A DNA stretch of 64,000 nt from an uncultured Candidatus Saccharibacteria bacterium. Lineage in GTDB: Bacteria; Patescibacteriota; Minisyncoccia; Phycocordibacterales; UBA918. Under the pieces are notes generated by a model that was not told the origin of the DNA, made no database searches, and saw nothing but the letters and a program-made list of their open reading frames with translations. The position numbers and the translations under genes were made by a program. The stretch spans positions 162,657 to 226,656 of the forward strand of contig CAYOAM010000003.1 of assembly GCA_964402035.1 (NCBI GenBank). The letters are read 5' to 3'. Every line of letters begins with the position of its first letter. Position 1 is the first letter of the stretch. This document shows positions 36,143 through 46,941 of the stretch, one piece after another.

Positions 36143-38080
36143 ATGGAATATCTTTCCGTTCTCAACGCCCAACAAAAAAGTGCGGTCACCAAAACAGAAG
36201 GTCCCGTACTCGTCTTAGCTGGAGCAGGGTCAGGAAAGACCCGCGTGATCACGTACCGTATTTTGCATCTTATTGAACAGGGTATTGCTCCCGACAAAAT
36301 TCTCGCCGTCACCTTCACGAACAAGGCTGCCAAAGAAATGCGTGAGCGCGTTTTGGCGCTCGCGCATAGCTACCCTCACATAGAAAGAATCTTTATGAAC
36401 GTGCAGCCGACGATCGCTACCTTCCACTCATTGGGCGTTATGATGCTGCGCGAACGACATAAAGAGCTAGGAGTTAAGCGCTATTTTACGATCTACGACC
36501 GCAGTGACTCCCTAACCGCCATCAAACAGGCACTCGAAGCTTTAGGCTACGGGGCTAAACAATTTGAGCCCCGAAAGATCTTGAGCCACATCTCGAAAGC
36601 AAAAGGGGATGCGCACACCGCACAAACATACGGCGAGCAAGCAAAAACCGCCATGGAGAAGGTGGTGCGTGATATATGGAATCGGTACGACACCATTCTC
36701 CGAGAAAATGAAGCATTTGATTTTGATGACCTGCTACTCCGAACACTCAATATGCTTCGCGCAAACCCGCAGGTTCTTAAAGAGTACCAAGATCGCTTTC
36801 ACTATATTCATATCGACGAATATCAGGACACCAACAAAGTGCAGTACGAAATCGCTCGTCTTCTTGGCGGTGGCACGGGTAATATCTGTGCTGTCGGCGA
36901 TGTCGACCAGAATATCTATTCATGGCGTGGTGCAGATATGAACAACATCCTTCAGTTTGAACGTCATTTCAAGGGTGCCGAAGTCATTCTGCTCGAGGAA
37001 AACTACCGTTCCACCCAGACCATTATTGCCGCTTCGAATGACATTATAGAAAAAAATACGGCACGTATCCCAAAGACTGTTTTTACCAAAAATGCTGAGG
37101 GTGAGCCGATTTCTCTCTATGCTGCATACAATGAAGAGGAAGAAGCGGTCTACGTAGCGCGCGAAGCACAAAAGCTGATCCGAGATGGATGTGATCCATC
37201 CGCAATAGCGGTGCTCTTTCGAGCCAATTTTCAATCCCGCATTCTCGAAGAGTCGTTCCTTGCATACAATGTTCCGTACCAAATGCTCGGTACACGATTT
37301 TTCGAACGCAAAGAGATTAAAGATGTACTCTCGTATGTGCGCCTAGCTCTCAATCCTGCGAGCACCAATGATCTTTCTCGTGTCATCAATATTCCTCCAC
37401 GTGGAATTGGCAAAATAACGCTTCTTAAACTGCTCGAAGGCCAGCGAAACTCCATAACCGGCAAAACGATAGCAAACATCGAAGCATTTGAGGCGATTAT
37501 GGAGCAGATCCGCGCAACGCTCACCAAAGGACCACTAAGCAATGCACTTCGTGAACTCGTTAAAATAAGTGGCCTAGAAGCAGAGCTTAAACAGGGCGGG
37601 GAAGCGGAACTCGAACGACTGGAAAACATCCACGAACTGGTGTCACTTGCTACAAAATATGATAGCTACGAAGGTCTTGAGGGCGCAGCGGCACTTCTTG
37701 AAAATGCGGCTCTACAAAGCGACCAAGACGCACTTGATCCAAAAGATACGAGCAAGGATGGAGTCAAACTGATGACTGTACACGCCGCAAAGGGTCTCGA
37801 ATTTGCCTATGTATTTATAACCGGTATGGAAGAAGGGCTTTTCCCCCACGAACGACTCTCGGATGAACGTATCGACGAGGAAGAAGAGCGCCGTCTCTTC
37901 TATGTAGCACTGACCAGAGCTCAAAAAAAGGTATATTTGTCCTTTGCAGGTATCCGTACGGTCTTTGGGAGCCAACGGATCAATGCACCCTCATCATTTA
38001 TTGACGATATCAGTGAAGCGCATATGATGTCGGCAAATCCTTCGGAAACTGGCCATGAGCGGACAGTATACTTGGACTAA
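36143..38080 (+). CDS. pcrA: UvrD/PcrA DNA helicase
   Basis: AGAGSGKT, TFTNKAA, DEYQDTN, NYRST, MTVHAAKGLEF, EERRLFYVALTRA. Confidence 0.93.
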   Translation: MEYLSVLNAQQKSAVTKTEGPVLVLAGAGSGKTRVITYRILHLIEQGIAPDKILAVTFTNKAAKEMRERVLALAHSYPHIERIFMNVQPTIATFHSLGVMMLRERHKELGVKRYFTIYDRSDSLTAIKQALEALGYGAKQFEPRKILSHISKAKGDAHTAQTYGEQAKTAMEKVVRDIWNRYDTILRENEAFDFDDLLLRTLNMLRANPQVLKEYQDRFHYIHIDEYQDTNKVQYEIARLLGGGTGNICAVGDVDQNIYSWRGADMNNILQFERHFKGAEVILLEENYRSTQTIIAASNDIIEKNTARIPKTVFTKNAEGEPISLYAAYNEEEEAVYVAREAQKLIRDGCDPSAIAVLFRANFQSRILEESFLAYNVPYQMLGTRFFERKEIKDVLSYVRLALNPASTNDLSRVINIPPRGIGKITLLKLLEGQRNSITGKTIANIEAFEAIMEQIRATLTKGPLSNALRELVKISGLEAELKQGGEAELERLENIHELVSLATKYDSYEGLEGAAALLENAALQSDQDALDPKDTSKDGVKLMTVHAAKGLEFAYVFITGMEEGLFPHERLSDERIDEEEERRLFYVALTRAQKKVYLSFAGIRTVFGSQRINAPSSFIDDISEAHMMSANPSETGHERTVYLD

Positions 38081-38084
38081 CATT

Positions 38085-38882
38085 ATGGAAAAATTTACTG
38101 CCAAGAAATCGTTGGGACAGAACTTCCTAACCAATCCCAAAATAGCCGAGCGCATAGCGCAGGCAGCGGATATCAAGACGGGGGAGACGGTACTTGAAAT
38201 CGGCCCAGGGACGGGGATGTTGACGCGCGCCCTCCTAAAGGAGGGCGCGCGTGTCATCGCGCTCGAAGCCGACAGTCGCACATTGCCAATCCTCAACGCC
38301 AGTTTTGAAAAAGAGCTATTAGATGGTCAACTCACCCTCATACACGGAGATGTCAGGACATACGATATAGCCAGTGTTTTAAAAGGTTTTTCGTATAAAG
38401 TCGTCGCCAATATCCCGTACTACCTCTCGGGTATGCTCTTTCGACTTTTTCTTGAAAATACTGCTGACCAACCCTCCACAATCGTCTTTTTAGTCCAAAA
38501 AGAGGTCGCGGAGCGTATTGTACGCAGCAAAAAGGAGTCCATCCTCTCACTTTCTATAAAGGCGTACGGTGAACCGAGCTTCGTAGCCACGGTTTCTCGA
38601 GGAAATTTCTCCCCGCAGCCGAATGTCGACTCTGCCGTCCTTAAAATAAGCGATATTTCCAAAAATAGCTTCAAAAGCGTCCCCGAGTCGGCATTTTTCA
38701 CCATCCTAAAGACCGGATTTGCAGCAAAACGCAAACATCTTGCCGGCAATCTATCGCTCTTAATGCCTCGCGCAGATATCCTTGCCGCATTTGACGCACT
38801 TAAACTGCCACATGATGTCCGCGGTGAGGACATACACATCGACACATGGCTGGCGCTTGCTGAAAAATTGAAGTCTGCTTAA
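38085..38882 (+). CDS. rsmA: 16S rRNA dimethyltransferase
   Basis: KKSLGQNFL, EIGPGTG, VANIPYY, VQKEVAERI. Confidence 0.95.
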   Translation: MEKFTAKKSLGQNFLTNPKIAERIAQAADIKTGETVLEIGPGTGMLTRALLKEGARVIALEADSRTLPILNASFEKELLDGQLTLIHGDVRTYDIASVLKGFSYKVVANIPYYLSGMLFRLFLENTADQPSTIVFLVQKEVAERIVRSKKESILSLSIKAYGEPSFVATVSRGNFSPQPNVDSAVLKISDISKNSFKSVPESAFFTILKTGFAAKRKHLAGNLSLLMPRADILAAFDALKLPHDVRGEDIHIDTWLALAEKLKSA

Positions 38883-38886
38883 TGAC

Positions 38887-38958
38887 AAGAAGCGCCGGCC
38901 TCCATTTTAAAAAGGTTGAGGGTAGGACTGGGTTTTAAAATGGAGGCCGGCGCTTCTT
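38887..38958. repeat. Perfect 26-bp inverted repeat with 20-nt spacer
   Basis: AAGAAGCGCCGGCCTCCATTTTAAAA / TTTTAAAATGGAGGCCGGCGCTTCTT. Confidence 0.85.
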
Positions 38959-39044
38959 TAATTACCAATCAATAACATCTGTCCCCATAGTGCAAAAAAC
39001 TTCCTAAAGCGCGCCTGTTGCCCCTGCTATACTTAGGGCAACGC

Positions 39045-39944
39045 ATGACCGTGAATACGACACTACGGGTGGGGGGTGCAATGCTTGTTGGCATTGCTCT
39101 TGTTGGTGGAGCACTCCTCTTGAGTAAAAAACAAACAGCCGCAGAATATTCTGCGGCTGTTGTTGTGGCAGACAAACCACGAGCGTATCAAGAAACGCGC
39201 GATGGCGATGGCGATGGGCTTCGTGATTGGGAAGAAGAGCTGCGTGGTACTGATCCAAAAACCCCCGATGATCTTTCTAAAAAACCTGAACCTGTAGAAG
39301 AAGCTCCTGTCGAAGAGCTTCCAAACACCATGACCAATCAGTTTTCAAAAGACTTTTTCGCATACTACCTCAAACACAATGCCGGGAATGCCGCAATGAC
39401 GCAAGAACAAAAAGATGCATTTATAAAGCAGGCGGCCGCGGCTGCCGAAAAGCAAGTAGATAGCAAGCTTCTAACGACTACTGATATTATTACTTCCAGT
39501 GAAAATAATTTTGCTGTTTGGCGCGACTATGGCAACACTGTTGCAATGATTATGCAACGTTACCCTGTAAAAAATGAAAACGAATTATCAATTTTTAGCC
39601 GAGCAATACAATCGAACGATCCATCCATCATAGAAGAACTTGGCCCTATAGAAAAATCATATAACGACACCATTGCGGATCTGCGAACCCTTCAAACCCC
39701 CACACTATTTCTCAATGAACATCTCAATCTTCTAAACCGGATGATTTCGGTTCATAATACAGTGATTGCTATGCAGAATGTCTTCAGTGATCCATTACCT
39801 GCTCTGGTACGTACACAACAGTATCAAGATGAGGCACAGCAACTATCAAATGCCCTTGCAAGCATGCATGCTCTACTCACAGCTCAAGGTGTCACCTACA
39901 CCTCCGATGAACCAGGAATCTTCTTTGAAGCATTTCAACCTTAG
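39045..39944 (+). CDS. Membrane-anchored hypothetical protein with DxDGDGLxDWEE Ca-binding-like motif
   Basis: N-terminal TM segment, DGDGDGLRDWEEELRGTDP. Confidence 0.7.
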   Translation: MTVNTTLRVGGAMLVGIALVGGALLLSKKQTAAEYSAAVVVADKPRAYQETRDGDGDGLRDWEEELRGTDPKTPDDLSKKPEPVEEAPVEELPNTMTNQFSKDFFAYYLKHNAGNAAMTQEQKDAFIKQAAAAAEKQVDSKLLTTTDIITSSENNFAVWRDYGNTVAMIMQRYPVKNENELSIFSRAIQSNDPSIIEELGPIEKSYNDTIADLRTLQTPTLFLNEHLNLLNRMISVHNTVIAMQNVFSDPLPALVRTQQYQDEAQQLSNALASMHALLTAQGVTYTSDEPGIFFEAFQP

Positions 39945-39947
39945 CGT

Positions 39948-41480
39948 ATGAGACTTTCCAGAAAAGAACAACTACACTACTTCCTCTCAACTGTTCTTGC
40001 TGTTCTGTTTATTATTACCCCGCTTTACACACTCATCCCTACACGAGCAAATGCTATTACGGTAACCGTTAATGGAGGAACGGGGACAGTTCCAGATATT
40101 ATAACCGCAAAAAATACCACCGTTTCTGCTGCCGCAAACACCGCAACCGCAAAAAGTACTGGCTCAATTGCACTCAAGGAATTAAAAATGGATGGGGTCT
40201 TTAATGCTTTGGCAAAAATGGTGGTGCAGGGCATGGTGCGCAGTACCGTGGCATGGATTAATTCGGGTTTTAAAGGCAGCCCTATGTTTGTGACAGACCC
40301 CGGTCAATTTCTCCTTAATATTGCAGACCAAGAAGCGGGGAGAATGCTGTACAACAGCGAAGACTTAAATTTTCTCTGCAGACCAATGAACATCCGTATT
40401 GCACTTGATTTCTATTATCGCTCCTCACGAAATCAGCTACCCGTACAATGTACACTTTCTGGAGCCTTAGGAAACGTGCAACGTTTTATGGAAGGCAATT
40501 TCCTCGCTGCTGGTTGGCCTGGATGGTTATCGGTAAGTCTCAACCCCACCAATCACCCGATCGGTGGCGCATTTGCTATGGAACGAAAACTCGAAACGAA
40601 CATAGCCGCGTTACAAAATCTCAATATTATGGAATGGGGCTGGGCGCGCGGATTCCTCTCAACAAAGAGCTGCGATGATGGGCCGAATGGAAAGATCAAT
40701 TGTCGAACCATCACGCCTGGCGATACAATCGCATCTGCACTCAATTACAACTTAACTTTGCCTGCAGAATCACTTATATCTGCGGATGAAATTAACGAAG
40801 TTGTTGGTGCACTCTTTGCTCAACTCGCTCAACAAGCACTCACGGGTGCGGCAGGTGTCTTTGGCCTCACAGACAGCGGTTCAGGATCAAGTGGGTTTTC
40901 TGATGCAGGATTTGGTGGAACAAACGGAGGTCTTGGGACAGCAGCATGCAATGGGCTTTCATATCTCAATCAATTGAGTGACCCCCGATGCAACCTCAAT
41001 CTAGGATCAGGAAGTATTGCAACTTCTACTGACGATGATTTTATCGGTAAGGCCATTCATGACGAGCAGGCATACCAGCGCATGCATCAAAATATTATAG
41101 ACGCCGCAAATGATACTATCGCTGAAGCAACTGAACGTGGAAAGGAATGTTCCGGAAACACATCAGTCATCAGAACTGCATCCCGTTACGTTGAAACTGC
41201 CAGCTCTTCAATGTTGACCTCAAAAGTAACTGAGGCAAAGTTGGCCGCTTTAGCTATACGCGATGCACAGGGGACGGTGGAAGAACGTATTGCGGCATTG
41301 AGCGCTTTTAATGAACTTTCAATATCGGGCGGCCTCCATTCATCAATCACCAACGTGACAACTTCATTTGAAACAGCGGATGTTATAAAAAATATACAAG
41401 AATTAAGAGCTACTATCACTGATTGTCCTCGTGATAATAGTAACAACAGCAACAGTGGAAGTTCAGGAGGCCGTGATTGA
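39948..41480 (+). CDS. Secreted/membrane protein of the T4SS-like locus
   Basis: Signal peptide, WINSGFKGSPMFVTDP, paired Cys residues. Confidence 0.65.
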   Translation: MRLSRKEQLHYFLSTVLAVLFIITPLYTLIPTRANAITVTVNGGTGTVPDIITAKNTTVSAAANTATAKSTGSIALKELKMDGVFNALAKMVVQGMVRSTVAWINSGFKGSPMFVTDPGQFLLNIADQEAGRMLYNSEDLNFLCRPMNIRIALDFYYRSSRNQLPVQCTLSGALGNVQRFMEGNFLAAGWPGWLSVSLNPTNHPIGGAFAMERKLETNIAALQNLNIMEWGWARGFLSTKSCDDGPNGKINCRTITPGDTIASALNYNLTLPAESLISADEINEVVGALFAQLAQQALTGAAGVFGLTDSGSGSSGFSDAGFGGTNGGLGTAACNGLSYLNQLSDPRCNLNLGSGSIATSTDDDFIGKAIHDEQAYQRMHQNIIDAANDTIAEATERGKECSGNTSVIRTASRYVETASSSMLTSKVTEAKLAALAIRDAQGTVEERIAALSAFNELSISGGLHSSITNVTTSFETADVIKNIQELRATITDCPRDNSNNSNSGSSGGRD

Positions 41481-41482
41481 AC

Positions 41483-43372
41483 ATGAAAAAATTACTCCCA
41501 CATATTTGCGCATGTCTCATCATCGGTATTGGGTTTTTTGTGGCTTCAGAAATCTTTGCACAGGCCCCCGACGCAAAGGTCACAGCTCCTACGCAAGCAA
41601 AACCAGGCGCTGCGGAACGCTTCTTTTACTCCGCCCTTGAAGGAACAGTAAAATGGATCGCATTTGCCATTTTGCAATTCTTCATATGGCTAACATCTAT
41701 TACCGGCCTTCTACTCAACATGTCTATCGACTGGCTCATCATCGGGATGGGAGATATGGTGCGTACAAAGGGTTTTGGAATTGCCATTGATAAACTTTGG
41801 ACTATCATCCGAGATATTGTAAATATCTGTTTCGTATTCGGACTCGTGTACATTGGCATTACGACTATTGTCAAAAGTGAAGCTTCGGGTGCTAAACGAC
41901 TACTCTCATCGCTCATTATTTCTGCTCTACTCGTAAATTTTAGTCTGTTCTTTACAAAAGCAATTATTGACCTATCAAACATCACTGCAGACAACATCTA
42001 TCGTCAGATGATTACTGGTTCATCAAAAGATGGTATATCTGGAGAATTTGTAAGTCAAATGGGCCTCACCTCTATTGTCGGTGGAGGAAAATCAAAACAA
42101 TCAGAAGAGATACTCAATAAAGTACTCGCAGAAGGTGGAGGTATACCCTTTATGATTGTGTTTGCGTTAGGGTCCGGCATTCTACTATTTAAACTTGCAT
42201 TTGCATTTGGCATTGGGGCATTTCTCATTCTCATTCGCTTTGTCATGCTCATACTGCTCATGATCTTTTCTCCGATCGCATTCTTGCCCGAAGTGCTACC
42301 AAACCTTGGAAAGTACCGACAACAATGGTGGGATACGCTTTTGAGCCAAGCATTCTTTGCGCCTATTTATATTTTTGGCATTTACCTTTCACTCATCGTG
42401 CTTCGGTCAAATCCTGTGGCGCTTGGCGACCGCAACCTGATAAATTTGTTCACAGAAAGCGCTGTCGCCGGTACTGTACAAGTGCTGCTGTTTTATCTCA
42501 TAGCTATCATCATGATAATTGCCACAACCACTATGGCAAAAAGCATGAGCACCTCAGGCGCATCTATTGTTGGAAAAATCAGTGAAGGTGCAGCAAAATA
42601 CGCCCGAAAGACAGTTGGTAAAACAATTGCCGGAGCTTCAGTTGCAGGTGGAATTGTCGGTAGAAACACCGTCGGACGGGTAGGATACAATCTATCAAAA
42701 AAGGAAGGTCTCTTGAAGGCCGCAGCGGGTGGCGGGTTAACAGGATGGGCTGCACGAAGAGCGGTTGATACCACTCGCGCTGCAGCAAAGGGCAGCTTTG
42801 ATGCTCGTGCACTACCTGGCATGAAAGGTGCTGCTGGTCTGGTAGATGTAGACCTCGGCAAACCTGGAAAAGGAAGCTACGAAGCACGCACTAAAGACAT
42901 TAACAAGAAAGAGCTTGAGTATGCAGAGTCATTGAACGTCGAAAAAGGGGCTGATGTTGAAAAAGTTAAGCATAAGATCGATGGGCATAAAACATATATT
43001 AAGGAAAAGCAGAGGGACTACAATTTGGGGGTCAAGAATGGCGCATCTGAAACAGAGAAACAAAAAATCCGTGATGAGATAGCTATTGCCAAATCTGAAT
43101 TGGAGGACGCAAACAGAGAACTTATTGAAGTAAAATCAGCAAACCAGAGGAAATATGCAAAGACTTTACAAGATGGTCAGTTAGGATTCATGGGTCTACC
43201 TGGGACAAGTATTTTCCCCGCCAGGACTAAAAAAGAGAATGCTGCTGCAGCAAATCATATTCGTGAAGGGATAGAGAAAAAGAAAAATAAGACTGATACC
43301 GACCGCTTGATTGATGCCACCAAAGAATCTGCCGAAAAAGCTTCAAAAAATGCTAAGGAAGATGCTCATTAA
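41483..43372 (+). CDS. VirB6/TrbL-like polytopic membrane protein
   Basis: Multiple TM segments, WTIIRDIVN, LLVNFSLFFTKAIIDLSN, FSPIAF, Gly/Ala-rich tail. Confidence 0.7.
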   Translation: MKKLLPHICACLIIGIGFFVASEIFAQAPDAKVTAPTQAKPGAAERFFYSALEGTVKWIAFAILQFFIWLTSITGLLLNMSIDWLIIGMGDMVRTKGFGIAIDKLWTIIRDIVNICFVFGLVYIGITTIVKSEASGAKRLLSSLIISALLVNFSLFFTKAIIDLSNITADNIYRQMITGSSKDGISGEFVSQMGLTSIVGGGKSKQSEEILNKVLAEGGGIPFMIVFALGSGILLFKLAFAFGIGAFLILIRFVMLILLMIFSPIAFLPEVLPNLGKYRQQWWDTLLSQAFFAPIYIFGIYLSLIVLRSNPVALGDRNLINLFTESAVAGTVQVLLFYLIAIIMIIATTTMAKSMSTSGASIVGKISEGAAKYARKTVGKTIAGASVAGGIVGRNTVGRVGYNLSKKEGLLKAAAGGGLTGWAARRAVDTTRAAAKGSFDARALPGMKGAAGLVDVDLGKPGKGSYEARTKDINKKELEYAESLNVEKGADVEKVKHKIDGHKTYIKEKQRDYNLGVKNGASETEKQKIRDEIAIAKSELEDANRELIEVKSANQRKYAKTLQDGQLGFMGLPGTSIFPARTKKENAAAANHIREGIEKKKNKTDTDRLIDATKESAEKASKNAKEDAH

Positions 43373-43374
43373 TT

Positions 43375-44031
43375 ATGGAACAATCAATTCAAAAAATTAT
43401 TTCAGAGAGATACAATACACTCCCCATCTCACTCAAAGATTTTATTTCTAATCCCACCCTTGAAGAAACCCTGCATACAATCGCCCAAAAATATAATCTC
43501 AACAAAGATACAGAAGTATTACTTGAAAATGAAGTAATGTTTGTACTACTTGGTTTTGAACCCAGTGAGGAATTTATGGGACAGCTAGCAATTTGCCTAC
43601 CTATTGACCCCACGACCACCATGAATATTGCGGACGAAATAACAACATCGATATTCAATCACATTGGGCCTGAACTCCACGCACTTGATACTGAATACCT
43701 TCAAGATGGGGCGATTGTTGACAGCGCCGAGTCTATTTTGATGCCAACATCTTCCGAAGAAACACCGACTCAAACGCCAGAAATCCACACGGAAACAGAG
43801 GAAGAATCAACATCAGTACCAGCTCAACTGCAACCAACAGACGAAATAACTGTACCCGCTCCTGCGGCAGAACCAGCACCATCAGTGTCAGAGGCTGAAG
43901 TGCCTGCACCTGCGCCAGAACCTGTTCCAGTGGAACCACCTGAACCCGTTATTGTCCCTTCATACGCCAAACCACTTACCGACACACCGCGATATACGGA
44001 CGACCCATATCGCGAATCGCCACACTCATAA
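43375..44031 (+). CDS. Hypothetical protein with Pro/Glu-rich linker and C-terminal DPYRE motif
   Basis: ORF track; ends YTDDPYRESPHS. Confidence 0.7.
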   Translation: MEQSIQKIISERYNTLPISLKDFISNPTLEETLHTIAQKYNLNKDTEVLLENEVMFVLLGFEPSEEFMGQLAICLPIDPTTTMNIADEITTSIFNHIGPELHALDTEYLQDGAIVDSAESILMPTSSEETPTQTPEIHTETEEESTSVPAQLQPTDEITVPAPAAEPAPSVSEAEVPAPAPEPVPVEPPEPVIVPSYAKPLTDTPRYTDDPYRESPHS

Positions 44032-44099
44032 CAAAACGCAGTGTGAGTCACACAAGAAATGCATTCATGACATATACGGCATGTATAATACTAGTACCT

Positions 44100-44495
44100 A
44101 TGCGCTTTGAAGTACCACAATTTATTGAAATTGAAGACAAAATTTTTGGGCCATTTACCTGGAAACAATTTGTCTACCTATTGGGTGGGGCAGGAGCGAT
44201 CTTTATGCTCTTTGTGTGGTTACCATTTATTATTTTTGTTGTCGCCGCAGCACCAATCGTCGCACTCACTGCCGGACTTGCTTTCTACAAAGTGAACAAT
44301 CGCCCCTTTGCAGCCATCTTGGAATCATTTGTAACGTATTTCATGAATGCGCGCCTCTATCTGTGGAAAAAGCAAGAGCAAAAAGTGGTTCCGACCGGGG
44401 GTGGGGCTCCGCAAACATACCTTCCACCATCAAAGACAACGCTTTCAACACTTTCGCGCCAACTAGAGTTAAATGCGCTCAGGGGCAAAAAATAA
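44100..44495 (+). CDS. PrgI family protein
   Basis: FEVPQFIEIEDKIFGPFTWKQF plus two TM segments. Confidence 0.85.
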   Translation: MRFEVPQFIEIEDKIFGPFTWKQFVYLLGGAGAIFMLFVWLPFIIFVVAAAPIVALTAGLAFYKVNNRPFAAILESFVTYFMNARLYLWKKQEQKVVPTGGGAPQTYLPPSKTTLSTLSRQLELNALRGKK

Positions 44496-44496
44496 T

Positions 44497-45129
44497 ATGG
44501 CACATAGCGAAGCAACACAAAAATTTGTATCTCTCAAGGAAATCCGCGATGGTATTGTTATATTAAAAGACGGTAGTCTCCGCGCTATCCTTATGGCTTC
44601 CTCCATAAATTTCGCGCTCAAGTCCGGCGATGAACAGCAAGCGATCTTGCGACAATTTCAAAGTTTCCTGAATACACTTGATTTTTCGTTGCAGCTTTAT
44701 GTCCAATCGCGCGAACTCAATATCGAACCATACCTCGCACTCTTGGGATCCTTTGAGGCGGGACAAAAAAATGACCTCATGCGCGTACAGCTCCGAGAAT
44801 ACATGGGCTTTATCCGCAAGTTTACTGAGGATGTTGATATTATGACCAAGAGTTTCTTTGTGGTCGTGTCATACACCCCTGCGGCCGTCGACGTCACCAA
44901 GGGACTTAAAAGTCTCCTTGGTGGCCCAACTCAAAAGAAGAATCTCTTGCCGACAGAAATATTTGAAGAACACAGAAGCCAACTCGAGCAACGCATAGCT
45001 GTGGTGGAACAAAGTCTTCGCCGCATCGGTATTCGCACCGCAACCTTGGGTACGGCCGAAGTTGTCGATCTTTTTTATCATATTTTCAATCCCAACGAAG
45101 GAAACAGGGCACTACCCACAGCAACATGA
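44497..45129 (+). CDS. TraC/VirB4-associated N-terminal-like protein
   Basis: EIRDGIVILKDG...SINFALKSGDEQQAI...FLNTLDF. Confidence 0.75.
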   Translation: MAHSEATQKFVSLKEIRDGIVILKDGSLRAILMASSINFALKSGDEQQAILRQFQSFLNTLDFSLQLYVQSRELNIEPYLALLGSFEAGQKNDLMRVQLREYMGFIRKFTEDVDIMTKSFFVVVSYTPAAVDVTKGLKSLLGGPTQKKNLLPTEIFEEHRSQLEQRIAVVEQSLRRIGIRTATLGTAEVVDLFYHIFNPNEGNRALPTAT

Positions 45130-46934
45130 GCATTTTTGATATTTTTAAAAAGCCAAAAGAGACCGAGGAGTCACTTGCACTTCCCAAGGATATTTATGAT
45201 GCGAGCACTCTTGCTTTGGAAGATGTGATCGCGCCATCTGCGATAGGGGTGAGTCCACGCCAGCTCAACATCAGCGGCAAATTGACCCGAACTTTTTTTG
45301 TGGTTGCGTACCCGCGATCACTCACGGAAAGCTGGCTTGAACCGATTCTCGATCTTGAACGAGTATTTGACCTTTCTATTTTTGTGCATCCGATGGACAC
45401 GACCGAGGTTTTGAAGAAGTTTCAAAAGAAGGTTGCTGAGGTGCAGAGTCAGATTTCCACCCGCGAAGATAAAGGGTTTGTTCGTGACCCCCAACTCGAA
45501 GCGGCATACAAAAACCTTGAAGATCTCCGTGACAAACTCCAACAAGCCGAAGAGCGTCTCTTTGATGTCGGCCTCTATATCACTATCTATGGTGACCATG
45601 AAGAGCAGCTTGAAAAGGCAGAGAGTGAGATCCGCACCATCCTCGACTCGCGCTTGGTGTACATGAAGCCAGCACTTTTCCAGCAGGAGCAAGGGTTTAA
45701 AAGCACAATGCCCTTGGGGACGGACGAACTTTCGGTCCACAGCAAGTTTAATTCTGATCCACTTTCGAGCTTTTTCCCATTCACCTCTTTTGACCTCACG
45801 GCAGATACCGGTATCCTCTACGGCATCAACCGCCACAACTCATCACTGGTTCTCTTTGATCGTTTTTCGCTCGAAAACTACAACTCCGTCACTTTCGCAA
45901 CATCGGGTTCTGGAAAATCGTACGCTGCAAAGCTCGAAATCCTCCGTTCACTCATGTTTGGTACCGAAGTTATCGTGATCGACCCTGAACGCGAATACGA
46001 ATATCTCGCTGAAGCGACCGGCGGCAGATTTTTCAATATTTCTCTCTCATCTCCCCACCACATCAATCCCTTTGATCTCCCTGAACTACTTGCTGACGAA
46101 TCACCCGAAGAAGTGCTCCGCTCCCACATCATCAATCTCGTCGGACTTTTCCGCATCATGCTTGGGGGACTCACACCCGAAGAAGATGCAATCGTCGATC
46201 GCGCGATCGCAGAAACGTATGCGCTCAAAGACATCACGCCGAACAGTGGTTTTGCAGGCCATGAGCCACCACTTCTTTCGGATTTTGAAATGGTCCTAAG
46301 CGGTATGGTGGGAAGTGAATCTCTCGTGACACGCCTTTCAAAATACACTCGCGGCACATGGGAAGGGTTTATCAACCGACCCACAAATGTCGATATCAAC
46401 CAGCATTTCGTCGTATTTTCTTTGCGCGAAATTGAAGACGAACTCAAAACGGTCGCCATGTACATCATCACGCACCACATTTGGAGTGCAATCAGGCGTA
46501 CGCTTAAGAAGCGTTTGCTTGTCATAGACGAAGCGTGGTGGATGATGAAAAGTGAAGATACCGCATCATTTCTTTTTGGCATCGCCAAGCGTGGACGCAA
46601 GTACTACTTGGGGCTTTCCACCATCACCCAAGACGTCAACGACTTTCTCAATTCACCATATGGTGTCCCCATGCTCACAAACTCCTCACTACAGCTTTTG
46701 ATGAAGCAGTCACCAACGACGATCGACTCACTACAAAAAGCGTTCAATCTCACCGACGAAGAGAAGTTCCTACTCCTTGAGTCGGGGGTGGGGGAAGGGA
46801 TATTCTTCGCAGGACTCAAACATGTCGCGATCAAAGTTATCGCTTCCTACACCGAAGACCAGATCATCACGTCCGATCCTTCGCAGATTCTTCAGATCAA
46901 GAAGGCTCGTGAGGAGCTGAATATGTCGAAGTAA
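45126..46934 (+). CDS. VirB4-like ATPase
   Basis: ATSGSGKS Walker A, IDPEREY, VIDEAW, RGRKY...ITQ. Confidence 0.9.
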   Translation: MSIFDIFKKPKETEESLALPKDIYDASTLALEDVIAPSAIGVSPRQLNISGKLTRTFFVVAYPRSLTESWLEPILDLERVFDLSIFVHPMDTTEVLKKFQKKVAEVQSQISTREDKGFVRDPQLEAAYKNLEDLRDKLQQAEERLFDVGLYITIYGDHEEQLEKAESEIRTILDSRLVYMKPALFQQEQGFKSTMPLGTDELSVHSKFNSDPLSSFFPFTSFDLTADTGILYGINRHNSSLVLFDRFSLENYNSVTFATSGSGKSYAAKLEILRSLMFGTEVIVIDPEREYEYLAEATGGRFFNISLSSPHHINPFDLPELLADESPEEVLRSHIINLVGLFRIMLGGLTPEEDAIVDRAIAETYALKDITPNSGFAGHEPPLLSDFEMVLSGMVGSESLVTRLSKYTRGTWEGFINRPTNVDINQHFVVFSLREIEDELKTVAMYIITHHIWSAIRRTLKKRLLVIDEAWWMMKSEDTASFLFGIAKRGRKYYLGLSTITQDVNDFLNSPYGVPMLTNSSLQLLMKQSPTTIDSLQKAFNLTDEEKFLLLESGVGEGIFFAGLKHVAIKVIASYTEDQIITSDPSQILQIKKAREELNMSK

Positions 46935-46941
46935 AACCGTT

